Below are positions 36,850 to 49,007 of a DNA stretch of 64,000 bases, one piece after another. Under the pieces are notes generated by a model. That model was given only the letters and a program-made list of their open reading frames with translations. It did no database searches and was not told the DNA's origin. Position 1 is the stretch's first letter, and each line of letters begins with the position of its first letter. The stretch comes from Phoronis australis (lineage: Eukaryota; Animalia; Phoronida). The stretch is taken from contig NMRA01000350.1 of NCBI GenBank assembly GCA_002633005.1, positions 193,642 through 257,641 on the forward strand. The letters run 5' to 3'. The translations under genes and the position numbers were made by a program.

Positions 36850-38039
36850 TTAAGACGTGTGCTTTGATTAAGCCATGATTTTAAACAGTCTAGCGGGTCA
36901 AACCTACATGTACTTACATTTATAACTGAAATTTGCAGATGTGTACATTGCAAAACATCTCTCATGGAAGTACCAAAACACCTGGCATGTTCCGGAACTA
37001 CTTTCGTAGCCCCACGGTATCCTTGTGGTAAATGGCTTAAATACACCTTATCCACGCAGTCGCCATTTTAGTATTGAGCCCCATGTTAGGTTCAAAAAAC
37101 AATGCATTCGAGACATAGCCTAAAGGTAACGAGTCACGCGAAAAAAATCACACTTTGCGCTGAGATTAAGCGCAGAATGCATTTTTAAAACCTAAAGAGT
37201 GGCTCACTTTTAAAATGGCGACTACGTGGAGCAGGTAACCAGTCATGATTTGAAAGGACGTGAAACACCATTTCTTCTCACCCTGCTCGATACCTGAAAC
37301 CAACAATATCTCCAGTACAACAGGGTATGCAGTTTTGTAGACGCTAAGGAAGTTGGTGTGACACGTGCTTCGCTTGTAATACATGGTGTCAACTCGTAGA
37401 ATCTGCAAGCTTTTATTCTCTTGCAAAAAGTAGGTTTACGGATATAGTACGTCTGACGGCAGACTAAAGATTGAGAATGTCGTTGCCGGCTTACGATTCT
37501 GAACCGTTAATGTAAATTCGAGACTGCACAGGTACAATTGTATTCATTCCGTTTACAAAGCCTGAGAGCGTACCAATCTGTAAAACCTAGCTACAGGGTT
37601 TAAGCCGTACTTTTTATCCGTTTCTTGGCAAAAGATGGCACTGTACAGTCAAAGGTTACAGCTAGAACCAATTTCCAGTGCAAAAGAATCACAGTCTAGG
37701 GATACGCCAGGCTTGGGAGCAGTTTTGAGGAAAACGTTGTATTTTGGCTCAGTGAATCTGGTTTGTTGGTATTTTTGAACGTGTTGGGAATGAGAAAAGA
37801 CCACTTGCTCGACAGTAGATACATTCTGCTTCAAGATGTCGGCCACTGTTGCATTTGTGCATTGGGTTAAGTAGCGACGCCGGAGAAATCGCCAGCCGTG
37901 GTGTCCTCATCAGAAACACACCTTCCGATTTTCATAATGATTCTTTAAGCAATTTGGGAGATAAAAATGAGGCCGCCAAAGAAAAGGGACTCGAAAATTT
38001 TGAAAATAGCCACTAGATGAGGATAAATTGTCCCAATGA

Positions 38040-38600
38040 AAAGGTGTTGTCGAGTCTAGTCCTAGAAGCACACGTACGTTTTTATCCCTTATTAAATGGT
38101 TAAAAGAAATTATAAGGAACCACGCTGTACCTATCTCATAACCAGTACACAATCCGTAATCGAAGAAAGTTTAACTAAACGCGCCACTCACGATTCATAC
38201 CCGAAGAACACGCCGCCATTTTAAACTAACCGCGAAACCGGAAGTACAATTCATTCAGGAACTCAGGCTTACAAGTACGCCTGCTGTGCTTCTGGGGCCG
38301 TGCCTGTTACAAGCCTGCAAACGGGGATAAAATAATCGACAGCGGACCTTAACTTTAATAAAAGCAAAATAGGAACAGTTTGTACTGAACATGTTGACAA
38401 AATGTGGCAAAATAAATTTTGACATAAGTTATATTGTCGGACCCTGTGCGGACGATCGAGACCACTCGCACTGACCCAAGACGAAGACATGCAGTCCCCG
38501 GCTGTTTTATCGGAATTAATGGTTCCATCATAAATGCCGTAGACATACAAAGATAGTTTACAACACTTGCATAAAATTACGGACTAATCACAGTCCTGTA
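38040..38600 (-). mobile_element. Interspersed repeat, inverted paralog of 30377-31030
   Basis: Colinear reverse-complement similarity over about 500 bp. Confidence 0.75.
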
Positions 38601-39224
38601 CCAACGACTGAATAACAAGGCCGACTATGGCTAAGCGTGTTTTACTGGGTGTAACTAACTCTGGTAAAAAACAGTATAAACAGAACAACGAACATGCAAC
38701 ATCAAAATAATTGGCTAAAATTGCTATACAGTTAGAATATCCTGCCATTATCAAACTTGAGAAAATATCGAAAATAAATTCAGACGGAAACAAAGAGTAT
38801 CGGAGGGGGTCTTCTGCGACCTCCGTTACGGCCGGGCGGCTGACTGCCCACAGAATACCATTTGATGGCGAAATAACTGTAGGGAGAAAACTTGCCATGG
38901 TGCCAAATAATATAATTACTGAGTTTAATTTAAAAGGAAGAATTCCCAGAATATTCGTATAAGCTGTTACCCAGAGGAGCCGACCCGATTGGCTTGACGT
39001 GCTCGGACATCGATACTCCGCGAGGCAAGATGAACACATTTATTAGCTATCCGGGCCTTGAAGGAGTAAAATAACTGTGACAAAGACATTAAAAAATACT
39101 GCGTTATGCTCCTAACAGTGCAATATACTGAGCCACAACATCACGTTCCTTACAATATATTTTTTATCACTCCTGCTGTTTTGGTCACTCAGCTTGTCCG
39201 GAACCTGCTTTGCAGGTTGTTATA

Positions 39225-39390
39225 GCCCATTCGGCTGCTTGGTGTACCCATTTGGTACTTTATTATATGATGTTTGCCCTTTTGGCAGTTGTACCCATTT
39301 GGTACTTGTTATTGAATTTGCCGTTTTGCTCGACCCACTTGGTAGGCAATCGGGCAATACCCATTTGGTATTATATACCCATTTGGTACT
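39225..39390. repeat. Cluster of TACCCATTTGGTA motifs (probable transposon subterminal repeats)
   Basis: Four near-exact and two degenerate copies with variable spacing. Confidence 0.7.
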
Positions 39391-42001
39391 ATGCTAACCT
39401 GTGCCACGTACTATACGATACTCAATTACACATTGGGTATCGTGAATGTGTGTGTTATCTCTTGTAATTAAGGAACCCACCTGGTTCCTTCTGTGAAATA
39501 TTCATTTGTAGAGCTGTGACCCTGAAATTCCCAATACAACCTAAAATTTTATATTATTGTTGTTGTTTTAGTTGTCCCCAATAAATTTCCATCGCTAACA
39601 TTTAGTTCTTGACTAAAATTCACTACACCCCCTCCCCTGGTTTGTGGCGCGGAATTTTTATACTTAGACAGCAGAGGTATATGTTGTAAGTTTCTGTGAG
39701 GTTTTAAAAAAATATTTTCCCTGTTGATTAAAAATCAAAGCCAATTTAGCAAGTGAATAATTTCTCAGTGAACAGTCACGGCAACTGCAGGGGAATTACT
39801 TCGCCGGTTACTGTGTCCGAGCAGCAAAATCAAGCACAGGCGTGCATTATTGCATTTGAGGTGTGGATCTCACTGTATTGAGATAAAACTTGCTTTGGTT
39901 TGTTGAAACATCGCCGTATGTGGATGTTTTTTTTTTCTATTTTACATTTGAACGGCCACTAAAACCGGCGACGATTTGCTGCCAAGTACGCACTGCGTCT
40001 CACACGACAATTGCTCACTTCAAGCTGGTACTTTGCATCAGTTTCACATTATGGCAATAAAGGTACGACATTTGTTGATAAAGAAAGATTTTGGTCTAAT
40101 TTATGATCTAAACGTGTACTGTTGCTGGAACTTGACGTACCCTCGCTATGAGACAGGGTTCTGACTACAGTAGCCGAGCATTGGCTGCGGGAGATGTGAC
40201 GTATACTTCACAAACTTATATTTATGCATTCAATACCTTTCATCCTATTCAAAGAACAGTAAAAGTTTGATAATTAAAATGAACAACTAGAATGAAAATC
40301 AAAAACAACCAAACAAAGTAACAACGCATTTAATCTCACGGTGATATCAATACGATTTCAAGGACAACATGACCAGCATTCATGATTCGTTCCTGAACTG
40401 AAACAGGAACTCAGTCACGGAAATAGACGGGAATATTTAATGATTTTCCGATCACGGCCGAGGTGCAAAATTGTGTTCAAAAAGGCTTTTAGTTTTATAA
40501 CAAAAAGGATGTGAATATTATGCCATGTTGCATATTACTTAATTTGTTATATATTTTTTAAAGTTTTTGAACTAGATTGCCTTTTGAGATAAGGACTTTA
40601 ATAGAAACCGATTTTCCAAATCTCCATACAAGAACTCCGAAGATACTGGGGCATCCGTCCAAAATAAAATTAACACTAGGAGCACGGTGGTGTCAAATCG
40701 GTCCGAAATTCGTCATCACCTGTCGTCAGCTTCTTAGGAACACAACTGTCAAATCTCGTTACGATTCTGCAAGTAGTTTAGGAGATACAACAGCGACGAT
40801 GGACCCCGGACACCCAGACAGAGATGAAGGAAATAGGCACCCACATATAAGCGTGTGGGGGCGTAAAGATGCTAATTAACAAACCAAGGGAATATGACCT
40901 TTATCTTGGCTACCATGATTTATTCCTTGTAGTTCTGCTTAGCTTCAGTAAATTTTCTAAGCTTTTTGTCATACCAGACAAAGGTCTGGACACAGCACTT
41001 AACAAAAAAGTCTGACGTTATTAGAGATGATTGTCATGGACGTTTGAAATATTTAATGATGTCGGGGTGTTGTGAAGTTTCTGGAGTGTTGAGGCGATTT
41101 TGGGAGATGTTCTAGAGAGTTTTACAGCGTTTTGGTAAAAGTTGAATTGTTTTAAAGTTTGCATGTTCTTGTGGCCTTTGTTGGGTGTCGTGGCACCTAT
41201 ACGCTTCCATACAAAACCAAGCGAGAACTGTTCTGTGTCCCCAAACATCTTTGACCGTATGATTGGACTTCGCACTTGATTAGCTGTGGAACACCTCCTA
41301 AAGAAAATTTGAAGCACTAGGAACTTTCAGAGGTGAAACCTGTTAACTGTTAAGCCAAACGTCGTGCCAGTACAGTTTTGGATACTGCAAACAACAATGA
41401 CTAAATGCATTTATGGTTACTACCCTGTAAAAACAGTGATCTTGGGGTGAGCCATCAGTTATTGATTCTGAACTGTTTTGATAAAAAATGGTTGTTTAAA
41501 CCGACGACGGCATAAATGTTTAATGAAAACACACCCGTACACCGGTGCATTGTGTGTTTAAATAATAAATGCCACTGAGACGTGCTGAATAATGATATGA
41601 ACGCATTTCCGAGTTTTAACATTTCTGAATTACTCGACTGAAATTTACAATGCAACAGTGTTTAAAATCTTTCATCATTGTAAGAGCTTTTTGTTCATAT
41701 TTTCGAAGAGTTCATTGGCGAATACTCACAGGGATGGTCGAAAATTTGGATCGTTCTCTCAGGTAAGTTTTCATATACGCATCACTTTCCTCACACTATA
41801 TGGCAACTAAGCTACATCGATATTGGCATTTAAATACAAGTTGCTTCTTCAATTCAACTCCAACTTCCTGTTGTGCTCAATATCGAATGTTTCCCTTGTT
41901 ACCTGATTACAATTGGCAGTAAAAATTCTAAATCTACAATGAGTGCGAAAACCCGGTGGATCTCCATGATAGCAAGTAGCAGCATATATTAATAAACAAC
42001 A

Positions 42002-42960
42002 ATGGTTTTAAGTCGACTTGACATGTTTCGGTGTCATTTATTAGTGGAGCGTGAGGGTACCTCAGTGATAACATCAGTATTTCATAAGAAGACCTACACA
42101 GGACTGTACACTTGTTTTCATAGCTTCACATCCTTTGTTTATAAAGTAGGTCTCATTAAAACTCTAATAGACTGGGTATATCGCATTAACAACACTTAGG
42201 CTAGATTTGATTATACATGTAATATTAAAGAACTCACAACTAATTTGCAAAAAGAATGGCTATCCCCTAGAATTAGTCAATAGGGTACTGAAAGCAAGAC
42301 TCCAACATAACCCTGATGATATTCATCCTGTAGACAAAACTAACTACAAGTACTTTAAAGTACCGTATGTTGGGCTTTACGCCAAGACTGCTCAACGAAA
42401 ACTCAACAAATTGGTAAATGATTACTGTGTAAACTTAAGAGTTGTATTAACATTCAAGTCTCTGAAACTGTCGAATTTATTTAACCCTAAGGACAAAATT
42501 CCTATGGGTCTACGGTCCAGGGTAGTGTAGCCTACAAATTGATCTGTGCTGGATGTGGCTCCAGTTATATAGGTGAAACTGTTTGCCATTAGTGAAAACC
42601 AGGACCAAGGAACATCTAAATTCTGACAGAGGTTCACATGTAAATATTCACCTACAAAGCTCCAATCATTGTTATCAGCAGTGCTCTTTCAATGACTTTG
42701 CTATAATAGACCAGGCAGTAACAACAAAGGACTGAAGGCTTAAAATTCGTGAAGCTCTACACATCAGTTGGTGCAAGCCCAATCTCAATAGGCAACTGGC
42801 ACACCACAGGTTGTCATTGTTGGTCTAGTTCATTGTCACTCCCTGTAACTGACTGTATCTGTGCTTCATTACTTGTTGCTGGGCCTAGCTAGGTGGCCAC
42901 TCATGCATTCTCTCTTCTGATGATGGTGTTTGAATAAATGACAACGAAATACGTCAAGTC
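42002..42960 (+). mobile_element. Penelope-like retroelement 3' fragment (RT thumb + GIY-YIG endonuclease), decayed
   Basis: VFHKKTYTGLY..F.S...YK.GLIKTL, NGYP, PYVG, KDKIP..LRSRVV/YKLICAGCGSSYIGET, LKIREALHISWCKPNLNRQ. Confidence 0.88.
42914..42958 (+). ncRNA. Minimal hammerhead ribozyme-like motif in the Penelope terminal repeat
   Basis: ctt-CTGATGA-tggtgt...acaac-GAAA-tacg-TC-aag; core present, stems short and imperfect. Confidence 0.55.
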
Positions 42961-43228
42961 GACTTAAAACCATTTTTGTTTTCTTTAATGAAAACCTGAT
43001 ACCTATTAAATCAAATTCGTGATCTAACTTCTTCTACTATATACACAAGCCAAAATGGCTGCACCATCGCTTCTACAGTGTATCTCAAGTTGAAATCTCA
43101 TATTTTCCTTTCATTGCTTAGTGCTAACTAATACTGATTCATGTATTGTCTCTAATACAATTGTTGTAATCAGTTACGCGGTCATGTAGCCTTAAAATGG
43201 AATAGCTACCAGCTATAACACATCCGAC

Positions 43229-45094
43229 TCAAAACCACATGTCATATGTGGGAATTCTAAAATGCTTTGTAACGTTTCCAGCAATATTATTAGCCTGACA
43301 GATGAAGCGGGTTATGTTTGGTGTGATCTTTGTTTGTGGAATCCTCAGGTCGATCGAGCGAATTCGTGCACCTTCGTCCTGTGTGCTAATAGTGAAGTTA
43401 CTTTGGGAAATTCCTCTCACCATTTGACCATATTTCATAGACTCAATCTCCCAATGGATCTTCGGCATGGGGTCGCCGCTAGCAGTGCAGTTCAGGTGAA
43501 CATAGCCGTGTTCTAGGTGAACTGCCGTTTGGTCAATTACAATCGTCGGAGCTGCACAAGCGAGATCGGCGGCGGATGTGTCGGACAGCAGTAATTTGTT
43601 GTGGGGTGTGGTGCAACGTAATCTTGAGCCCCCCCGGTAGAATCGAGCTCTTAATGTTTTCAGCCATGACACCTCACAGTTACAATGGATAGGGTTTCTA
43701 TATATCGATAAAGCAGATAGTCGAGAAAATATGTCACGCAGTTCGTATTCGCTGAATGTTTTGATGAGATTACTGCTGAGGTAAAGGTACTGAAGATTAT
43801 TGAAAGACATTAGGGATTTCGCTTCAACTTCTTCGATTAGGTTTCCATCAAGGAGAACTTTGAACAGTCTTGACGACTGAATAAGGTTGAGGTGAGCAGG
43901 AAGTTTAGTCAACTGATTATTGCGCATGTCGAATAAGGTCAGTGCTGGGAGGTTCATGTCACGTGGTATTTCAGTGAATAAATTATTCTGCATCCACAAA
44001 GATTCCAGTTGAGTCAAACTACCGAAAACACTTCCGTGCACAAAGCTGAGTGCATTGTTACCCATTTCGAGGAATCTCAAACTTCTTAGGTGCAAAAAGG
44101 AGTCTGTGTCGATTTCTTTTATGTTACACTTGTGTATTATTAGCGTCTCCAAGTTATCTAAGTGTTCAAACATGGTCCGGGAAAGTCGACGTAAGTTGTT
44201 GCCAGGAAGTTTCAAAATTTTCAAACTTTGTAACCCAAAGTAGGATTGTCTTGGAATGACCTCCATGCCATTGTCGCCCAAGTTCAAATAAATCAAGTTC
44301 GGTAGGTTTTCAAACACACTGGACGTCAATTTTAACTGATTTGAGCTTAAATCTAAGTCACTTAGTGAATGTAAAGGACCCAAAATATCACTACTTATCG
44401 TCGTTATCTCATTTGCATTTAGGTTCAACTTCTTTAGATTCACGAGACCTTCGAATGCGTCATTTTGTATTTGCCTTATCTTGTTATTCGCAAGATTGAG
44501 ATAAGACAATGAACTCAGTCCGAATGTTGCGTATGGGAGTATTTCGGAAATGAGATTTCCTCCAAGAGAAAGGGACTGCAGACGAATGATGTTTGCAAGC
44601 GCAGATGAAGGAATTTCACGTAATCTGTTGTTCATCATGTTCAATTCTCGAAGGGTATTTGTTGACTCAAATTGTCCTGTGGTGTCTTCAATAACATTGC
44701 CTTGCAGGAATAGTGAAACCAGATGATCCCCTTTTCCAAATAGTGAAAAATCGAACACTCCCAGGAGGTTGTAAGCAAGGTCGACCACTTTAAGGTACTT
44801 TAACTTCGAAAAAGCTCGAGGTCGTATAGTTGCAATACCCGCTGACCTCAGTTTCAACTCTCGAAGGTGTTCAAGACCAACAACATCCTGTTCTGTTAGT
44901 TCCCATAAAGAACATCGATCACACCTCAAAGTTGTTATTGTTGGAGGAAGTGAGGGTGGTAGTTTAAATAGTCTAGTGCATTTGGCTTCCTGTGTGGCAA
45001 AGTCGCAGTAACACCCTGGAATACATCCATGAACGTACGGAGTAAAACTCCCAAGAAGCGTAGTAACCACCGCGAGTTCAATCAGTATCATCAT
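43229..45094 (-). CDS. Leucine-rich repeat + immunoglobulin-like domain protein (LIG type), 621 aa, signal peptide, no transmembrane segment
   Basis: Signal peptide, LRRNT CIPGCYC...C, about 17-18 LxxLxLxxN repeats, LRRCT NPIHCNC...C...C, Ig domain (LNCTASGDPMPKIHW...FICQANNIAG). Splice acceptor tcttcgtttcag lies 2 nt upstream of the ATG, implying a 5' UTR intron. Confidence 0.95.
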   Translation of the reverse strand: MMILIELAVVTTLLGSFTPYVHGCIPGCYCDFATQEAKCTRLFKLPPSLPPTITTLRCDRCSLWELTEQDVVGLEHLRELKLRSAGIATIRPRAFSKLKYLKVVDLAYNLLGVFDFSLFGKGDHLVSLFLQGNVIEDTTGQFESTNTLRELNMMNNRLREIPSSALANIIRLQSLSLGGNLISEILPYATFGLSSLSYLNLANNKIRQIQNDAFEGLVNLKKLNLNANEITTISSDILGPLHSLSDLDLSSNQLKLTSSVFENLPNLIYLNLGDNGMEVIPRQSYFGLQSLKILKLPGNNLRRLSRTMFEHLDNLETLIIHKCNIKEIDTDSFLHLRSLRFLEMGNNALSFVHGSVFGSLTQLESLWMQNNLFTEIPRDMNLPALTLFDMRNNQLTKLPAHLNLIQSSRLFKVLLDGNLIEEVEAKSLMSFNNLQYLYLSSNLIKTFSEYELRDIFSRLSALSIYRNPIHCNCEVSWLKTLRARFYRGGSRLRCTTPHNKLLLSDTSAADLACAAPTIVIDQTAVHLEHGYVHLNCTASGDPMPKIHWEIESMKYGQMVRGISQSNFTISTQDEGARIRSIDLRIPQTKITPNITRFICQANNIAGNVTKHFRIPTYDMWF

Positions 45095-45212
45095 TTCTGA
45101 AACGAAGACAGTTGGTCTAAATTTATCAACATATGTCTCGATTGAAGCTCTGTCTCAAGGACTCATGTTAAGTATCTTAACTCAATTGTTTACTTCCACA
45201 TGTATGTGTTAG

Positions 45213-47945
45213 CACGCTTGACAAAGTTCTTTAGTACTTAGCATCCAAGTATTGCTGGTGATTTTCTTTGGAGTTATGGGTGTTAAAATAATATAATATA
45301 CATTACTAACCTGTTAAATCTGGAACTTACAGCTCAACACAGAAAATGTAACCTCAACTGAGAAATAGCAAAACGATAGCGGGAGTGTTGTCGCACCTGG
45401 TCAACCATGAGCTTTTGTAGCTCCGTATATCAGTACGTGAGTAGGAACAGGTGGAAGGGGGTCAACGATACTGCTACATGTAGGTGCACTTACAATATTT
45501 CTATCATTTTTGCTCAGGTTCTCGTTTAAAAGAAAATATGGATGTTTTCAGGTAAACACTTTTAAATTTGGTGAATTCCTACTTTTATAATTTCAGATCT
45601 GTTTTAAAATATTTAGAATTAAAACTAGGCAAAATTTCATGAGTTATACAAAGTTTTGCTTTTTCCACAACCACGACTATTTTTAATCGAAAAAATTAAC
45701 TTTTTCAAAGCTTGGCGTTCTTCTAATCACGGCTTACAAGTATTCACTATGAAGAGTGCGACATGACCTATTTTTTACCAGGCTAATACGAACATAAAAA
45801 CAACGCTCACTGTCGAGTTTTGCATCTACCTTGTCTGCAGTTAATATCTTACTTTCTCACATGACCTGGAATGTGTTTCGACACCACTGGTTTGTAACAC
45901 AGAATACGTATTTTTGATATTACATGGGCGAACCACAAAGTAGTGCCAATTAGACACCCATACGCCTTACATTTATCGTCTGCAAAACACTAAAACAACC
46001 AAACGCTCGCCAGTCAAACAATGCCGGAATTCGGAGAAGGTGACAAGTTTAGGATTGACAAATTGAGTGTCGCAACTGTACGTACTCCCAGTCGGAAGGA
46101 CATACAAACAACTTCTTAAACGGACCCATCTTCGGCGGTGAATTCCAAACCCACGTTCATTCAAACGGAGACGAGCCACAACTCAAAAAACGCGGCGAGA
46201 CTGTCTAGCTGTGCTGTCTCATGGTAACTCAGTGCTCACCTGCCGGGAAGCCTTGCTATTATTTGTAAAATCATTTAAGTTTAAATTTTACAACTTCAAA
46301 TACTATTTATTAGAATACTTGCTACGTAAGCTGCATGCAATTTACAATATTGTTAAGCTTAAAATAAAACTATTACCAAAAAGTAACTGCGTTACTTTAC
46401 ATTGCGCATGCGTGTTTTTACAAAAGTTGAGTTATGTGATTGGCACGCCTAGTTTTTAGGCAAAAAGATCGTTTTTACGGTTCATGTGAGAAAACAAATC
46501 CAACACTCGTCTCATATTGAGGACATGGGCAAAAACTCTTGGATATTCTCCAAAATCTCTCGGCAAGCCTCTGATTTTGACGACATNTCAGTACGCTTGA
46601 CAAAGTTCTTTAATTAGTACTTAGCATCCAAGTATTGCTGGTGATTTTCTTTGGAGTTATGGTGTTAAAATAATATAATATACATTACTAACCTGTTAAA
46701 TCTGGAACTTACAGCTCAACACAGAAAATGTAACCTCAACTGAGAAATAGCAAAACGATAGCGGGAATGTTGTCGCACCTGGTCAACCACGAGCTTTTGT
46801 AGCTCCGTATATCAGTACGTGAGTAGGAACAGGTGGAAGGGGGTCAACGATATTGCTAGGTGCACTACCAATATTTCTATCATTTTTGCTCAGGTTCTCG
46901 TTTAAAAGAAAATATGCATGTTTTCAGGTAAACACTTTTAAAGTTGGTGAATTCCTATTTTTATAATGTCAGATCTGTTTTGAAATATTTAGAATTAAAA
47001 CTAGGCAAAATTTCACGAGTTATACAAAGTTTTGCTTTTTCCACAATCACGACTATTTTTAATCGAAAAAATTAACTTTTTCAAAACTTGGCGTTCTTCT
47101 AATCACGGCTTACTAGTATTCACTTTTAAGATTGCGACATGACCTACATGTATATTTACCAGGCTACTACGAACATAAAAACAACGCTCACTGTCGAGTT
47201 TTGCATCTACCTTGTCTGCGGGTTAATATCTTACTTTCTCACATGACTTGGAATGTGTTTCGACACCACTGGTTTGTAACACAGAGTACGTATTTTTTGA
47301 TATTATATGGGCGAATCACAAAGTAGTGTCAAGTAGACACCCATACGCCTTACATTTATCGTCTGCAAAACACTAAAACAACCAAACACGCGCCAATCAA
47401 ACAATGTCGGAATTGACAAATTGAGTGTCGCAACTGTACGTGCTCCCAGTCGGAAGGACATGTAAACAACTTCTTAAACGGACCCATCTTCGGCGGTGAA
47501 TTCCAAACCCACGTTCATTCAAACGGAGACGAGCCACAACTCAAAAAACGCGGCGAGACTGTGTAGCTGTGCTGTCTCATGGTAATTCAGTGCTCACGTG
47601 CCGGGAAGCCTTGCTATTATTTGTAAAATCATTTAAGTTTTAATATTACAACTTCAAATACTATTTATCAGAATACTTGCTACGTAATCTGAATGCAATT
47701 TACAATATTGTTAAGCTTAAAACAAAACTATTACCAAAAAGTAACTGCATTACTTTACATTGCGCATGCGTGTTTTTACAAAAGTTGAGTTATGTGATTG
47801 GCACGCCGAATTTTTAGGAAAAAAGATCGTTTTTACGGTTCATGTGAGAAAACAAATCCAACACTCGTCTCTTATTGACGACATCGGTAAAAACTCTTGG
47901 ATATTCTCCAAAATCTCTCGGCAAGCCTCTAATTTTGACGACATT
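45213..47945. repeat. ~1.37-kb near-identical tandem duplication joined at an ambiguous base (46587)
   Basis: 45213-46586 versus 46593-47945, colinear with scattered SNPs and small indels. Confidence 0.9.
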
Positions 47946-48847
47946 CAAGAGGTTTTGCTCATGTCATAAACCTGAGACTCAAATGGGATTCTCTATTTTG
48001 TTAACAACACAACATCCACTGATGATCGCATGATATACGCATATAGTGGTCATGTATCGTGCGCCTATCGGGTGAATGTAGCGCCCGCAATTAGGCTCGT
48101 AATTAGGACCGAGACTTTGCTGGTGTTTACGATCGCAATCATTACATTGTTTATCCAATGAAAAACTGGTATGTAGGTCATGTGAGCTTTGAAGCAGCTC
48201 TACGCTCGTAATTTTACATTGGTGATTTTACAGTCTTATTTTTCGCTCGTAATTTTACATCGGTAATTTTGTGCTCATAATTTTACCCTCGTATTTTGCG
48301 CATGCTATGAAGGTTTGAGGTATACACAAACAAGCTCAAAAACACGTGAAAAATATCAAAGACTGAATGCGATTTCTTTACTGGATGCCCCAGCCACCCG
48401 GCCATTGGAATATGGTCCGTTTTAGTACATATGCCAAAATGTATACCTAAGGTCTGACAATGCTATTATTTTATTTGCTAAAATTACCATGTTTTTTCAA
48501 TCGTAAGGCTAGGCTTTATTCGCTTACTCTTAAGAATGTGTGCAGATGATATATAACATCCCCAACAAATGTTCAAAACGGTTTCGGGGGGGGGTAATGT
48601 TGTAGCATTTCTAAATGTGAGTTGTAAATCTCCCATTTCTTATTCAGAAAAGGCTCTTTTACCTTCAGTTGTTAGAATGACCATGACCCGCAGGCCGGGG
48701 TTGTCTCCGTCGTGAGTTTTCACTGGGAGATTACCAGGATAGAGTTTCGTTGAAGGAGAATCTGGCGTGGTCACGTGCTTCGTTGTGATACACGGCGCTG
48801 TCTCGCAGTGTTGCGTTCTCTCCATCCCACGCCTATAGCTACGTGGG

Positions 48848-49007
48848 CAGGGGCGGATCTAGGGATTTTTAGTTGGTGGGGGGCCAAGGCAGAGTATTAG
48901 CCAGGATTCTGCCCGTCAGACATTCGCACCCTCGGACTACCAAATGGAATATTTGGGAGTTTTAGGGAAGCCATGGCCCCCTTGGCCCCCATCTAAATCC
49001 GCCACTG
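48848..49007 (-). mobile_element. Short hAT-type MITE, same family as 24161-24315
   Basis: TIR caggggcggatctag ... ctaaatccgccactg. Confidence 0.7.

Noticed and set aside
39225-39390. CRISPR-like repeat/spacer pattern
   Set aside because: Repeats are only about 13 bp, spacing is irregular, there are no cas genes and the context is eukaryotic.
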